From Methylococcaceae bacterium (lineage in GTDB: Bacteria; Pseudomonadota; Gammaproteobacteria; Methylococcales; Methylomonadaceae), in assembly GCA_037129595.1 (NCBI GenBank), contig JBAXUR010000004.1, forward strand, positions 8,965 through 72,964: a stretch of 64,000 bases of DNA, written 5' to 3'. The notes under the pieces are model-generated. The model saw nothing but the letters and a program-made list of their open reading frames with translations, had not been told where the DNA came from and did no database searches. Every line of letters starts with the position of its first letter. Position 1 is the first letter of the stretch. Below, one piece after another: positions 11,028 through 22,025 of the stretch. The translations under genes and the position numbers were made by a program.

Positions 11028-11999
11028 ATGAATAACGTATTGTTTGACCCATCTCAAGATGAAATTGCTGTCCTGGGTGAAGAAGATTTATCTCTTGACG
11101 AAGATATTGATAGTACGGCCATACCTGAAAAAATTGAAACTATTTCGAACAAATCCACCAGCAATGGTGAATTTGATGCGACCCGCGCCTATTTAAATGA
11201 TCTTAGTCGATCAAAACTGCTGACGGCTGATCAGGAAAAAACCTATGGCACTCGTGCCTTGCAAGGTGACAAAGTGGCTCGCAAAATTATGATTGAAAGC
11301 AACTTGCGTCTGGTAGTAAAAATTTCTTACCGTTACCTAAACAAAGGCTTACCTTTATTGGACTTGATTGAAGAAGGAAATCTGGGCTTAATCCGCGCTG
11401 TTGAAAAATTTGATCCTGAAAGAGGTTTTAGATTTTCGACTTATGCAACCTGGTGGATACGACAGACTATTGAACGGGCCATCATGGATCAAACACGCAC
11501 CATCCGTTTGCCGATTCATATTGTTAAAGAAATGAATACTTACCTTAAGGCGCAGCGTCATTTGGTACAATCACTAGAGCATGACCCCAGCGCTCAGGAT
11601 ATCGCTGATTATATGAATAAGCCGCTGGACAAAGTTGAAAAAATGCTCAAACTCAATGAGCGGGTAACGTCTGTAGACATTCCAGGAACCAAAAATATTG
11701 ACACACCGTTGATTGAATCTATTTCAGATACCGACAGTTTAACGCACGATGAGAAAATGCAAGAAGACAATATGAAAGAAAATATTGCTAAATGTATGCT
11801 TGAACTCCCTGAAAAACAGCGCGAAGTTATCTGTCGTCGCTATGGTATTTGCGGTTATGAGGAATCAACTCTTGAGCAGGTCGCCCAAGAACTGGAGGTG
11901 ACCAGGGAACGAGTCAGGCAAATTCAAATAGAAGGCTTAAAAAAATTAAAAGACATCTTGCAAAGCAACGGCTTTTGTTTTGAAGCCCTTTTTAATTAA
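11028..11999 (+). CDS. rpoS: RNA polymerase sigma factor RpoS
   Basis: [52 protein letters not shown] and TRERVRQIQ; nlpD-like neighbour. Confidence 0.93.
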   Translation: MNNVLFDPSQDEIAVLGEEDLSLDEDIDSTAIPEKIETISNKSTSNGEFDATRAYLNDLSRSKLLTADQEKTYGTRALQGDKVARKIMIESNLRLVVKISYRYLNKGLPLLDLIEEGNLGLIRAVEKFDPERGFRFSTYATWWIRQTIERAIMDQTRTIRLPIHIVKEMNTYLKAQRHLVQSLEHDPSAQDIADYMNKPLDKVEKMLKLNERVTSVDIPGTKNIDTPLIESISDTDSLTHDEKMQEDNMKENIAKCMLELPEKQREVICRRYGICGYEESTLEQVAQELEVTRERVRQIQIEGLKKLKDILQSNGFCFEALFN

Positions 12000-12042
12000 A
12001 AAAGAATGCTAACCGCTTTAGTCAGGACAAAAACACCGAAAT

Positions 12043-12077
12043 TAGACTTGGCAGGTTTATAAAACTTGCCAGGTCTT
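12043..12077. repeat. REP-like palindrome / bidirectional terminator
   Basis: agacttggcaggttt-at-aaaacttgccaggtct between convergent genes; related hairpin near 17791-17825. Confidence 0.55.
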
Positions 12078-12084
12078 ATCCGTA

Positions 12085-12957
12085 TTAAGTTGATAGCCCA
12101 AAAGTGGTTTGCAATGACCAATCCCGGTAATTAAAATTTTGCCCCTGTTCACGAACTTTTTTACAGGCACTGGGTGATATCTCGCCAATGACCCATTGAA
12201 CGGCGTTGAATGTTCCGACCGATAAAATACCATTATCAGGAAAACCTCTATCAACAGGAGTATAAATTGCGGCGGCTCCCACATTAACATCCACAGCTTC
12301 CGACCATCCGGCATCACCGACCAGCGAGGCCTGAACAACATAACACTGATTTTCCAGCGCTCTTGCCTGACAGCCTATTTTAACCCGATGGAAACCTGCA
12401 ATTGTATCGGTGCAACTGGGCACTAAAATCAACACGCACCCGGCTTCAGCCTGCTTTCTTGCCAACAACGGAAATTCGCTGTCATAACAAATGTTAATGG
12501 CAATTTTGCCGTATTCGGTATCAAAACACTTTAATTCCTGGCCGCCTTTAATCAGCCATTGTTCTTTTTCAAAACGGGTCATCATCACTTTATCCTGATA
12601 ATCAAACTGACCATCAGGCATAAATAAATAAGCGCGGTTTCTATAGATTTCAGAGGCTATGCGTACCGGAAACGTGCCCCCCTGAATAATACACTGGTAT
12701 TGTTGCGCCAGCGTTTTAAAAAAATTGATAAAATCATCATGCAATGATTGCATAGCCTCTAGCTGCCTGCTTAATGAGGAATAAATATCCTGGCCGAACA
12801 AGGAAGCCAGTTCCATACTGAAATATTCCGGAAACAGCAGGATTTTGGCCTCTTGTGTCGTCGCCTCGGCAACCCATCGTTCAATTTTTTGTTGATAAGC
12901 CAGCCAATTTTCCAGAAAACTGATATTGTACTGAGCCGCTGCAATTTTAACGTTCAT
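12085..12957 (-). CDS. Carbon-nitrogen hydrolase (nitrilase superfamily)
   Basis: FPEY (Glu), QDK (Lys) and ICYDSEFP (Cys) catalytic triad; ARALENQ. Confidence 0.9.
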   Translation of the reverse strand: MNVKIAAAQYNISFLENWLAYQQKIERWVAEATTQEAKILLFPEYFSMELASLFGQDIYSSLSRQLEAMQSLHDDFINFFKTLAQQYQCIIQGGTFPVRIASEIYRNRAYLFMPDGQFDYQDKVMMTRFEKEQWLIKGGQELKCFDTEYGKIAINICYDSEFPLLARKQAEAGCVLILVPSCTDTIAGFHRVKIGCQARALENQCYVVQASLVGDAGWSEAVDVNVGAAAIYTPVDRGFPDNGILSVGTFNAVQWVIGEISPSACKKVREQGQNFNYRDWSLQTTFGLST

Positions 12958-13558
12958 TTTTAAGCCAAAAAGTCATCGGTTTGGGTGTTTCTTCTGCTTC
13001 ATCCAGATCTTTCCATGAGTAGGTCGTTTTAAGTTCTGGATGTTTAACATAACCCCGTTTGTTCCAGAACAAATCCAGAGGAACATAATTAGCCGGGCGA
13101 CGCGGATGATCTATCGGCCGCTCTACACAACAAAAAGTAATGACTTTAAAACCACCCAAGTCTTCAGCATGCGCTTCTCTTTGCTCAAAAAATTGCACGC
13201 CCAACCCCAGACCTCGATAATCCTTGTTTAAAACCGATTCACTGCAATAAAAAACGTCTTCAAGGTTGTAGCCTTGCTCAAGAAAGGGCTTTTTAAGTTG
13301 ATCCGTTTCATATTGCATGGGAATGGCGGTCGAAGCCCCCACCACTTTATCGCCATCAAATGCCAATACGATAACGCTTTCAGGGGTGTCGATATAAGTT
13401 TGCAGGTATTTTTTTTCATAGTCATAATCCCCGTCGTACAAATAAGGAAAATCACGAAAGACTTCAATTCTTAAGCGTGCAAGTTCAGGAACGTAGTGCT
13501 CAAGTGCGGCACCGCTGCATCTTTCAATGCGAATAGCTTGGGTCATGGGTTTGATCAA
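12947..13558 (-). CDS. GNAT family N-acetyltransferase
   Basis: FPYLYDG, ESVL..YRGLGLG acetyl-CoA loop; coupled to the CN hydrolase. Confidence 0.88.
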   Translation of the reverse strand: MIKPMTQAIRIERCSGAALEHYVPELARLRIEVFRDFPYLYDGDYDYEKKYLQTYIDTPESVIVLAFDGDKVVGASTAIPMQYETDQLKKPFLEQGYNLEDVFYCSESVLNKDYRGLGLGVQFFEQREAHAEDLGGFKVITFCCVERPIDHPRRPANYVPLDLFWNKRGYVKHPELKTTYSWKDLDEAEETPKPMTFWLKNER

Positions 13559-13618
13559 GGTAAAAATAGCTATAATTTTAGTCGAATTACCAAAAAAGGC
13601 GCAAGTTGAAAATAATCT

Positions 13619-14008
13619 TTAACCTTGCACCTTTAACCTTTTATAATGTTTAGCACTGCTCAGCTTATGTAATGACATGACAGCCATAACCGCACCGCTG
13701 GTATCGGCAACCCAATCAGCGACATCTGACTCACGTCCCACAATAAACGACTGATGCCATTCATCAGATAATCCGTACAAACTGCAAAAGGCAATACTGA
13801 GTATTGCCAGTATAATAGGCGTACTCATTAAATGTTTAAAGCTGCGCCACGCCAGCAACCCCATAATAGAATAAGCACCGGCGTGGTAAAGTTTATCTTG
13901 GTACTCAAAGCCAAAATCAAAAGGCTTTTGAAGCGATGCTTGATCAGAAAGCCAATAAATAAATAAGCAATAAAATAACAATAACGTGAAATCCAGAATT
14001 TTAATCAT
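13619..14008 (-). CDS. VanZ family membrane protein
   Basis: DKLYHAGAY and YGLSDEWHQSFIVGR..DWVAD motifs. Confidence 0.88.
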   Translation of the reverse strand: MIKILDFTLLLFYCLFIYWLSDQASLQKPFDFGFEYQDKLYHAGAYSIMGLLAWRSFKHLMSTPIILAILSIAFCSLYGLSDEWHQSFIVGRESDVADWVADTSGAVMAVMSLHKLSSAKHYKRLKVQG

Positions 14009-14028
14009 GTATCAATCAACAATCAGTA

Positions 14029-14832
14029 ATGAAAAATGTATTTAAATTTGCCGAGGCGTGTTTGCAGGATATCGCTATCGATGAAAAATTGGCACTAACC
14101 CATCAAGCATGGCACCTATTTGAAAATAATCAACTAAGCTTTATGTCAGAACTACCGATACTGCCGATTACTCAGGTAAGGTTTCCTGATAAGCCGGTTT
14201 TATTACCTCCGCGAGACATGCCCAAACGAAAAATTGGCTCCCCTGAAGGAGTTTCCGCTTTTTTTCATGCCATTGCTCATGTCGAATTTGTGGCTATTTA
14301 TCTGGCTTGGGACTTGCTTTATCGTTTTCGAGGATTGCCCGAACAATTTTATCAGGATTGGCTAAAGGTTGCTGATGAAGAAGCGCAACACTTTGAATTA
14401 ATCAGGCTACATTTAAAAATACTCAATGTGAATTATGGCGATTTACCTGCCCATAACGGCTTGTGGGATCACGCCAAAGATACTGCCGATGATTTACTGG
14501 CCAGATTAGCCATGGTGCCTCGCTGTATGGAGGCGCGAGGACTGGATGTAACTCCGGCCATCATCGCCAAATTTAAGAACGTAGGTGATGACGCCAGTGT
14601 AAGCTTGCTAGAGCGCATTTTAACGGATGAGGTCAGCCATGTAGAGCGTGGCTCATACTGGTTCAAATGGGTCTGTGAGCAACAAGGCTTTGAACCTGAA
14701 GCTAAATATCGTCAGTTAATAAAACAATATTATCAAGGGGGCAAGCCAAAAGGCCCTTTTAACCGAGAAATGCGTATAATTGCAGGCTTCTCGAATGCTG
14801 AGCTGGACTGGCTGGAAAATACAAACCTATGA
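14029..14832 (+). CDS. Ferritin-like protein (DUF455)
   Basis: HAIAHVEF, DEEAQHF, EARGLD and DEVSHV diiron motifs. Confidence 0.88.
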   Translation: MKNVFKFAEACLQDIAIDEKLALTHQAWHLFENNQLSFMSELPILPITQVRFPDKPVLLPPRDMPKRKIGSPEGVSAFFHAIAHVEFVAIYLAWDLLYRFRGLPEQFYQDWLKVADEEAQHFELIRLHLKILNVNYGDLPAHNGLWDHAKDTADDLLARLAMVPRCMEARGLDVTPAIIAKFKNVGDDASVSLLERILTDEVSHVERGSYWFKWVCEQQGFEPEAKYRQLIKQYYQGGKPKGPFNREMRIIAGFSNAELDWLENTNL

Positions 14833-16004
14833 ACACACACAAAATTTTTGATACGCCTCTTTTGGGCTTAGGCTTTAGAGTTTTCTTTGCCTTGGCCGGA
14901 TTATCGGCACTCGTTTTAATCGTGCTTTGGAATGCTATTTTTAAAGGCACCTTAAGTGCAGATAATTATTTTGCCAACAATTATTGGCATGCCCATGAAA
15001 TGCTGTTGGGTTATTCGGTTGCCGTTATTGCCGGATTTTTATTAACGGCCGTTAAAAACTGGACAGGGAAACCCACATTAACCGGTGATAAATTGGCAGG
15101 ATTGGCTTTATTGTGGCTTTATGGTCGCATTTTGCCATTTTATGCCGGTTTATTACCCGACTCTTTTATTGCCCTTATTGATTTTGCTTTCCTGCCGGTT
15201 TTGGCTTATCAAATCAGCAAACCCATTATGCAGGCAAAGCATTTTAAGAGTCTGATTTTTATAGGACTGTTGCTAATTTTAACACTCGGCAATGGGTTGA
15301 TACATGCTGAAATTTTAGGACTATGCCAAAACACCGCATCGACTGGCATTCAACTGGTCGTCGCAACCATTATTATCCTGATTATAATTCTTGCCGGACG
15401 AGTATTTCCGTTCTTTACTGAACGCGGTTTACATGGCACTCTAATCATAAAAAATCCGTTATTGGATGCCTTATCCATAGCCTCCGCGGTTGCCGTTTTT
15501 GCTTTGCAACTGTCGGCTGTTTCGGGAACGCTTTTAGCGTTGACAGCAACTTTTGCCATGATAGTTAATACCGCACGCCTTTCTGGCTGGTACGTGCAAC
15601 GCATCTGGTATGTGCCTTTATTATGGATACTCTATACAGGTTATGCATGGATTATATTGGGCTTTTTATTAACCGCATTATCCGCTTACGCTTGGGTATT
15701 ACCTTCGTTACCCCTACATGCCTTTACGCTGGGTGGCATCGGCGTATTAACGTTAGGCATGATGGCAAGAGTATCCTTAGGCCATTCCGGACGGGCGCTC
15801 AGAATATCAAATACCATGGCTATCGGGTTTGTATTAATTAACCTGGCGGCCTTGCTCAGAGTATTATTACCGCTGGCGTTACCCAACTGGTACAACCTGA
15901 TAATTTATGGCTCAACGCTATCTTGGCTAACTGCCTTTTCATTATTTATGTTTGTCTATGCACCCATTTTAACCAGTGCACGCATTGACGGACAAGAAGG
16001 TTAG
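14829..16004 (+). CDS. nnrS: NnrS family protein (NO-stress heme-copper membrane protein)
   Basis: GFRVFF, WHAHEMLLG, GFLLTAVKNWTG, GRVFPFF and MMARVSLGHSGR motifs. Confidence 0.92.
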   Translation: MNTHKIFDTPLLGLGFRVFFALAGLSALVLIVLWNAIFKGTLSADNYFANNYWHAHEMLLGYSVAVIAGFLLTAVKNWTGKPTLTGDKLAGLALLWLYGRILPFYAGLLPDSFIALIDFAFLPVLAYQISKPIMQAKHFKSLIFIGLLLILTLGNGLIHAEILGLCQNTASTGIQLVVATIIILIIILAGRVFPFFTERGLHGTLIIKNPLLDALSIASAVAVFALQLSAVSGTLLALTATFAMIVNTARLSGWYVQRIWYVPLLWILYTGYAWIILGFLLTALSAYAWVLPSLPLHAFTLGGIGVLTLGMMARVSLGHSGRALRISNTMAIGFVLINLAALLRVLLPLALPNWYNLIIYGSTLSWLTAFSLFMFVYAPILTSARIDGQEG

Positions 16005-16026
16005 GCTCTCTGAGTCTAAGCGAATA

Positions 16027-17499
16027 CTACAACATACTGCCGGTTTCCAGAAACTTGATATGCATATCAAACGCATGATGTAAATCATGCGGTATGTGAC
16101 CCGGTTTACAGGTTGAAAGATATTGATACAACGCCTCCTTATACAGCGGGTGCGCACAATTTTCGATAATGGACTTGGCTCGCTGGCTGGGCGACAAGCC
16201 TCTCAAATCAGCAATGCCCTGCTCCGTGATAATGACTTTGACACTGTGCTCACTATGGTCTACATGAGCGCACATCGGAACAATAGACGATATCTTGCCA
16301 CCCTTGGCGATGGACGGTGCCATAAAAACAGACAGATACGCATTACGTTCAAAGTCGCCACTGCCACCGATACCATTCATTAAATCGGAACCCAACACAT
16401 GGGAAGAATTGGCATGACCATAAATATCAAATTCCAAACCCACATTCAAAGCAATCACACCCAGACGTCTTATCAGCTCAGGGTTATTTGAAATTTCCTG
16501 CGGCCTGAGAACAATTTTATCGCTAAAAAAGTCCATATTATCAAAAATGGTTTGCAGTTTACCGGGCGTGATTGTCAAACTGGACGCACTGACTCCAGTG
16601 ACCTTGCCACTCAAAATCAAATCAACAACCGATTCTTGCAGCACTTCGGAAAACAGGGTAAATTTTGGGATATCCGGATTTTTACCCAAGGTATCCATCA
16701 CTGCATTATTGATATTACCGACACCGCTTTGCAGCGGCAAAAACTGTTTAGGGATACGCCCGGCATTAAGTTCGTTCAGTAAAAACTTTTCAACATTGTG
16801 AGCTATCAGTACACTGGTCTCATCATTTTTTGTAAATGCCTCAATTTGATCGGCTTGATGGGTTTCGACAATACCTATTATTTTAGCCGGATCAATCTGC
16901 ACATAAGGCTTGCCTATTTTATCCATCGTGCCATAAAGTGGAATAACCGGACGCTTGGGCGGATTTGGCAACGTCACATTATCGGCAAACTCGGTAATTC
17001 GTGAGGAAAAATAACTATTTCTTTCAATAATTATTTTTTTTGCACGCTCCAAAAAAGTAGGAGAATTGCCAATACCCGATGTCAAAAAAACTCGGCCATC
17101 GCTGGTCACATCAACCGCCTCGATGACCGCGACATCTATCTCGCCAAAAAAGCCGGCGCGTAGCATTTGCGCAACTTCACCCAAGTGCATATCCACAAAC
17201 TCAACTTCATTATTGTTGATGGCTTTGCGCATACCGGATGCTGACTGATAAGGCGCACGCCATTTAACACACTTTGCAGCCGCCAACTCATCATCAACTT
17301 GAGCACCCACAGAAGCGCCGGTAATTAACCGTATGGCAAAGTCTTCACCTTTTTCATGCAGTGCCGTAGCTCGAAGGGCCAGGGCAATGGGTACAACTTT
17401 TGGAGATCCGGCGGCGGTAAAGCCGCTAAAAGCAACCATGTCATTATTGTTAATAATGTCGGCCGCTTCTTCCGGCGTTAATAGTGAATAGCGCGTCAT
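16027..17499 (-). CDS. scpC: Propionyl-CoA:succinate CoA-transferase (acetyl-CoA hydrolase/transferase family)
   Basis: SGFTAAGSPK, LQSGVGN, SEVLQ and MNGIGGSGDF motifs; last gene of the scpA-meaB-scpB cluster. Confidence 0.85.
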   Translation of the reverse strand: MTRYSLLTPEEAADIINNNDMVAFSGFTAAGSPKVVPIALALRATALHEKGEDFAIRLITGASVGAQVDDELAAAKCVKWRAPYQSASGMRKAINNNEVEFVDMHLGEVAQMLRAGFFGEIDVAVIEAVDVTSDGRVFLTSGIGNSPTFLERAKKIIIERNSYFSSRITEFADNVTLPNPPKRPVIPLYGTMDKIGKPYVQIDPAKIIGIVETHQADQIEAFTKNDETSVLIAHNVEKFLLNELNAGRIPKQFLPLQSGVGNINNAVMDTLGKNPDIPKFTLFSEVLQESVVDLILSGKVTGVSASSLTITPGKLQTIFDNMDFFSDKIVLRPQEISNNPELIRRLGVIALNVGLEFDIYGHANSSHVLGSDLMNGIGGSGDFERNAYLSVFMAPSIAKGGKISSIVPMCAHVDHSEHSVKVIITEQGIADLRGLSPSQRAKSIIENCAHPLYKEALYQYLSTCKPGHIPHDLHHAFDMHIKFLETGSML

Positions 17500-17548
17500 G
17501 ATTTAATCCTGTTACCGGCAAGGAAATTGCAACAAATAGTTCGCCACA

Positions 17549-17669
17549 CAATGCCGTTAAGTTAAGCGCAAGTTGTTTAAAAAACTGGAGTGCAATCGCT
17601 TCAGCTATTGCCTGTAAAAACAGCTAAAGCTGTTTTTACTCCAGTTAGTTGCTTAACTTGACGGCATTG
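17549..17669. mobile_element. MITE family A, copy 2 (inside the scp operon)
   Basis: TIRs caatgccgttaagttaagc / gcttaacttgacggcattg; core almost identical to 6402-6529. Confidence 0.8.
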
Positions 17670-17863
17670 GTCCGCCAACGGTTTATCGATTAAATCTGTT
17701 TATAATCGATAAATCGGTGGCAACTTTTGCAGGGGTGTATTGTTGGCGAGTCAATTAACACTTTATTTTGGCTATCAAATTAACACGTGGCAGACCTTTC
17801 AGATTTAATAAACCTGAAAGGGTCTAACTTCGGTATTTTTGTCCTGACTAAAGTGGGTAGACC

Positions 17864-18658
17864 TTATTTTCCAATAAAATTAGGTTTTCTTTTCTCAAAA
17901 AAGGCGGTGAGTCCTTCGTTATAATCAAGACTGTCATAGACGTATCGTCTAAGCCCTTGAATCCGCTCAAACTCATCCGGATTAATGGCATTTGCCTCAC
18001 ACAAAACACGCATTTCTTCTTTAATGACCGCGATGGCAAGCGGTGCTTTTTCACAGATTAGATTGGCAATGGCAAGGGTTTTACTTTCCAACTCCTCATC
18101 CGGAACAATATGGTTTAATATGCCAATCTTTAAAGCCTGTTCAGCAGAAATCGGGGTCGCGGTAAAAATAACTTCTTTCATCACATGCAAACCCGCGTCG
18201 CGAATCAAATTATGAATACCCACCACATTATAAGGAACCCCCAAATTAACCGGTGTCATGGCAAAGGTGGATTTATTACTGGCAACAACGATGTCGGTGC
18301 TCATGACCAATTCGAAAGCGCCGCCCCACACGCTCCCTTCAATCATGGAAATAACCGGTTTCGGATAGCGCTGAATGGTACGTGTAAGAATACGCAACGG
18401 GTCTTGATAACTCAGCGGCAGTGGATCACGCTTGGCCTTGGGAAGTTCACTGATGTCATGGCCCGATGAGAATACCTTACTGCCCTTGGGCGCTCGCAAA
18501 ATAACACAGCGAACCTCGGGAACATTTAGCTCTGTCAAGGCGTTTAAAATATCTTGAATAAAGCATTTGCTCAACGCGTTCAATTTTTTAATATAATTAA
18601 ACTCAATAATGCCGACTCTGTCTTTGAGTTCAACGCTTACAAATTCATAATTATTCAT
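17864..18658 (-). CDS. scpB: Methylmalonyl-CoA decarboxylase (crotonase fold)
   Basis: KLNALSK, FSSGHDI, SVWGGAFE and MTPVNLGVPYN resemble E. coli YgfG; operon context. Confidence 0.92.
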   Translation of the reverse strand: MNNYEFVSVELKDRVGIIEFNYIKKLNALSKCFIQDILNALTELNVPEVRCVILRAPKGSKVFSSGHDISELPKAKRDPLPLSYQDPLRILTRTIQRYPKPVISMIEGSVWGGAFELVMSTDIVVASNKSTFAMTPVNLGVPYNVVGIHNLIRDAGLHVMKEVIFTATPISAEQALKIGILNHIVPDEELESKTLAIANLICEKAPLAIAVIKEEMRVLCEANAINPDEFERIQGLRRYVYDSLDYNEGLTAFFEKRKPNFIGK

Positions 18659-19662
18659 TTCAAGCCATCATAAGTTAATTTTTCAGCAATGTATTGACTG
18701 ACAGTCTCTACGGCGTGTCGTGGCGAAAGCTGATTACTCTCAACACTGGCTTTGGTTTTACCATACAACTCTTTAATATCCTGAGTGTTGTAAATCATAT
18801 TGATAACATTTTCCTCAATTTTCCGCTTCATCCAGCGCACATTTTGCCCCTTCCGCAACAAGGCCACTTTTCCGGCAGGCTCCAGTGTGGCATAAAATAG
18901 TTCGACAACCTCCCAAATATTTTTTATTCCCGCATTATCTCTTGCACTACACGTTAACGCAGGTACCTGCCACTCCGCATATTTAGGCTTCAAAATATGC
19001 AACGCATTTTTAAACATAGCTCTGGCAATTTCAGCCATCATTTTATTATCGCCATCACACTTATTAATAACAATAACATCGGCAACTTCCATGACGCCCT
19101 TTTTAATACCTTGAAGCTCATCCCCTGCCCCGGCAATTTGCACCAGACAAAAAAAGTCAACCAAATCGGCCACCTCAATTTCAGACTGACCCACCCCCAC
19201 GGTCTCAATAAAAACGACATCAAAACCCGCCGCATCCAAAAGAAAAGTCAGTTCTCGGGTTCTTCGACTGGTGCCACCCAAATGCCCCCCGGCGGGAACC
19301 GGACGGATAAAAGCGCTATACTCCCGAAGTAAAGTGGTCATTCTGGTTTTATCAGCAAGAATACTGCCCCCGCTGATACTGCTACTGGGATCAATAGCAA
19401 TAATGGCTACTTTTAAGCCACACTTGATCAAATACATACCCAAGGCTTCCAGCAGGGTACTTTTGCCAGCCCCCGGAACGCCGGTAATACCAATCCGTTT
19501 GGCTTTACCGACCAGCGGCATAATCTGATCCAAAATGTCACCGGCCAGTTTATGGTGTTTGGGGTGCGTACTTTCTATGAGTGTCATTGCCCTGGCAAGA
19601 ATGGCTCTATTGCCCTTTAAAATCTCGGCGACGATTTCATCGGCACTCATGGCGTTGATCAT
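18655..19662 (-). CDS. meaB: Methylmalonyl-CoA mutase-associated GTPase MeaB/ArgK
   Basis: [37 protein letters not shown] and [10 protein letters not shown] motifs. Confidence 0.93.
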   Translation of the reverse strand: MINAMSADEIVAEILKGNRAILARAMTLIESTHPKHHKLAGDILDQIMPLVGKAKRIGITGVPGAGKSTLLEALGMYLIKCGLKVAIIAIDPSSSISGGSILADKTRMTTLLREYSAFIRPVPAGGHLGGTSRRTRELTFLLDAAGFDVVFIETVGVGQSEIEVADLVDFFCLVQIAGAGDELQGIKKGVMEVADVIVINKCDGDNKMMAEIARAMFKNALHILKPKYAEWQVPALTCSARDNAGIKNIWEVVELFYATLEPAGKVALLRKGQNVRWMKRKIEENVINMIYNTQDIKELYGKTKASVESNQLSPRHAVETVSQYIAEKLTYDGLK

Positions 19663-21797
19663 ACTTGGCTCAACAACTCCATTGCTTCACGGACACACTT
19701 AATCATCTGCGTACCCGGCCCATAGATTTTGGCGACGCCTCGTTCCAGCAAATAATCATAATCCTGTGGCGGAATCACACCGCCAACAATGACTTTAATA
19801 TCTCCCCGCCCATACGCCTGTAATTTTTCAATTAACGCCGGCACCAATGTCTTGTGTCCTGCCGCAAGCGACGAAGCGCCCACAAAATGCACGTCGTTTT
19901 CTACGGCCAGCTTGGCAATTTCTTCAGGTGTGGAAAACATCGGACTCAAATCAACGTCAAAACCAAAATCGGAATACGCGCTGGCGATTACTTTTGCCCC
20001 CCGGTCATGACCATCCTGCCCCATCTTGGCAATCAGAATCCGTGGACGACGACCTTCATTGTCAGCGTAATCATCAACCAACTGCTTAACGTCATCGAAC
20101 TCGCGAGCCCCTGCTTCACTATTATGATAAGCTCTGGAAATAACACCGGTTACGCACTCGCTAGGCACCAGGTACCGGCCAAAAACATCTTCCATCGCAT
20201 CAGAAATTTCACCCAAAGTCGCCCGAACACGTGCCGCATCAATAGCGGCTGCCAGTAAATTCCCGCCCTCTTTGGCAACCACACGAATTTTGTCCAACGT
20301 CTCTTTAACCTCCGAACTGTTACGGGTCAGCTTGATTTTTTGCAAGCTGGCTATTTGCGCTTCACGAACGGCTTGATTGTCGATTTCCATGACATTAACG
20401 GCTTCTTCTTTTTGCAGCTTATACTTGTTCACGCCCACAATAACGCGCTTGCCTTGGTCAATCTGCGATTGGGTTTCTGCGGCAGCCTCTTCAATCATGC
20501 GCTTGGGAATACCCAGTTCAATAGCCTTGGCCATCCCCCCCGCCTCATCAATTTTCTGAATGATTTTACGGGCTTCCTGTACGATGTTATCCGTCAATGA
20601 TTCAACATAATAAGACCCTGCCAATGGATCGACGGTCTGACAAATTTCAGACTCTTCTTGCAGAATAATCTGGGTATTACGGGCAATACGGGCAGAAAAC
20701 TCCGTTGGCAATCCCAACGCTTCATCAAACGCATTGGTATGTAAGGATTGCGTTCCACCCAGCGTTGCCGCCAACGCTTCAATGGTGGTTCTGATAATAT
20801 TGTTATAAGGATCTTGCTCGGTTAAACTCCAGCCAGACGTTTGGCTATGGGTACGCAGCGCCCTGGACTGCTCATTGCCGCCTAACTGTTCAACTGCGTC
20901 GCTCCACAGGTAACGCGCCGCACGCAACATGGCCACGTTCATAAACAAATTCATGCCGATGCCGAAAAAGAACGACAGACGCGGCGCAAAGTCATCAATT
21001 TTTAAACCGGCATTAATCGCCGCCTTAATATATTCAATACCGTCGGCAATGGTAAACGCCACTTGCTGAACACAGTTGGCACCCGCTTCACCCAGATGGT
21101 AACCACTGATGCTGATGGTATTGTAGCGGGGCATGTTATTTGAACAATATTCGATGATGTCAGAAATAAGTCGCATCGAAGGCTTTGGCGGATAGATATA
21201 GGTATTACGGCACAGATATTCTTTTAAAATATCGTTCTGAATCGTACCGGTCAATAACGCTTGCGCTACACCCTGCTCTTCTGCGGCAACGATATAAAAA
21301 GCCAAAACCGGAATAACGGCTCCGTTCATGGTCATGGAAACCGACATCTGCTCAAGAGGAATCTGGTCAAACAACACCTTCATGTCTTCAACGCTATCAA
21401 CCGCTACGCCCGCCTTGCCTACATCACCTTCTACACGCGGATTATCAGAATCGTAACCACGATGAGTTGCCAAATCAAACGCAACAGAAAGCCCTTTTTG
21501 ACCTGCCGCCAGGTTCTTTCGATAAAACGTATTGGATTCTTTGGCGGTTGAAAAACCGGCATACTGCCTGATTGTCCAAGGCCTGGCAGTATACATGGTG
21601 GCTTTTGGACCACGAACAAAAGGAGAAATACCAGGCAGGGAGTCGATTGTTTCTAAATTCTTGGTATCTTCAGCAGTATAAAGAGACTTGATATCAATAC
21701 CTTCCAAGGTCTTGGAAACCAAATCATCGACCGTCTTACCCATTCTTTTTACTTCAGAGTTAGCTAATTCTTTCCACTGATCTAATTTCCCATCCAT
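19659..21797 (-). CDS. scpA: Methylmalonyl-CoA mutase (AdoCbl-dependent, fused form)
   Basis: [28 protein letters not shown] and the B12-binding [13 protein letters not shown] motif. Confidence 0.96.
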   Translation of the reverse strand: MDGKLDQWKELANSEVKRMGKTVDDLVSKTLEGIDIKSLYTAEDTKNLETIDSLPGISPFVRGPKATMYTARPWTIRQYAGFSTAKESNTFYRKNLAAGQKGLSVAFDLATHRGYDSDNPRVEGDVGKAGVAVDSVEDMKVLFDQIPLEQMSVSMTMNGAVIPVLAFYIVAAEEQGVAQALLTGTIQNDILKEYLCRNTYIYPPKPSMRLISDIIEYCSNNMPRYNTISISGYHLGEAGANCVQQVAFTIADGIEYIKAAINAGLKIDDFAPRLSFFFGIGMNLFMNVAMLRAARYLWSDAVEQLGGNEQSRALRTHSQTSGWSLTEQDPYNNIIRTTIEALAATLGGTQSLHTNAFDEALGLPTEFSARIARNTQIILQEESEICQTVDPLAGSYYVESLTDNIVQEARKIIQKIDEAGGMAKAIELGIPKRMIEEAAAETQSQIDQGKRVIVGVNKYKLQKEEAVNVMEIDNQAVREAQIASLQKIKLTRNSSEVKETLDKIRVVAKEGGNLLAAAIDAARVRATLGEISDAMEDVFGRYLVPSECVTGVISRAYHNSEAGAREFDDVKQLVDDYADNEGRRPRILIAKMGQDGHDRGAKVIASAYSDFGFDVDLSPMFSTPEEIAKLAVENDVHFVGASSLAAGHKTLVPALIEKLQAYGRGDIKVIVGGVIPPQDYDYLLERGVAKIYGPGTQMIKCVREAMELLSQV

Positions 21798-22025
21798 CTT
21801 ATCGCTCCATTAAAATCTTCAATTTCATTAAATACAACAGGGCATAAACCGGTTATAGATGCCGGGAGACTGTCCGGCAAAAGAACACTTAGCCTTCTAA
21901 CTCAACATGAAAGATAGCATATTTATTATGCGTATAAGAAAAAATTTTTCTTGGTGAGATTACCAAAGAGTTAGAAGGTGTAGAAAATTTTCTACCCCTA
22001 CCAATGGGAACCAAGGCAAGACAGG

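Noticed and set aside
21800-22020. Cobalamin riboswitch upstream of scpA
   Set aside because: Only one hairpin (tgccgg..ccggca) is visible; I could not find the B12-box or other conserved core segments.
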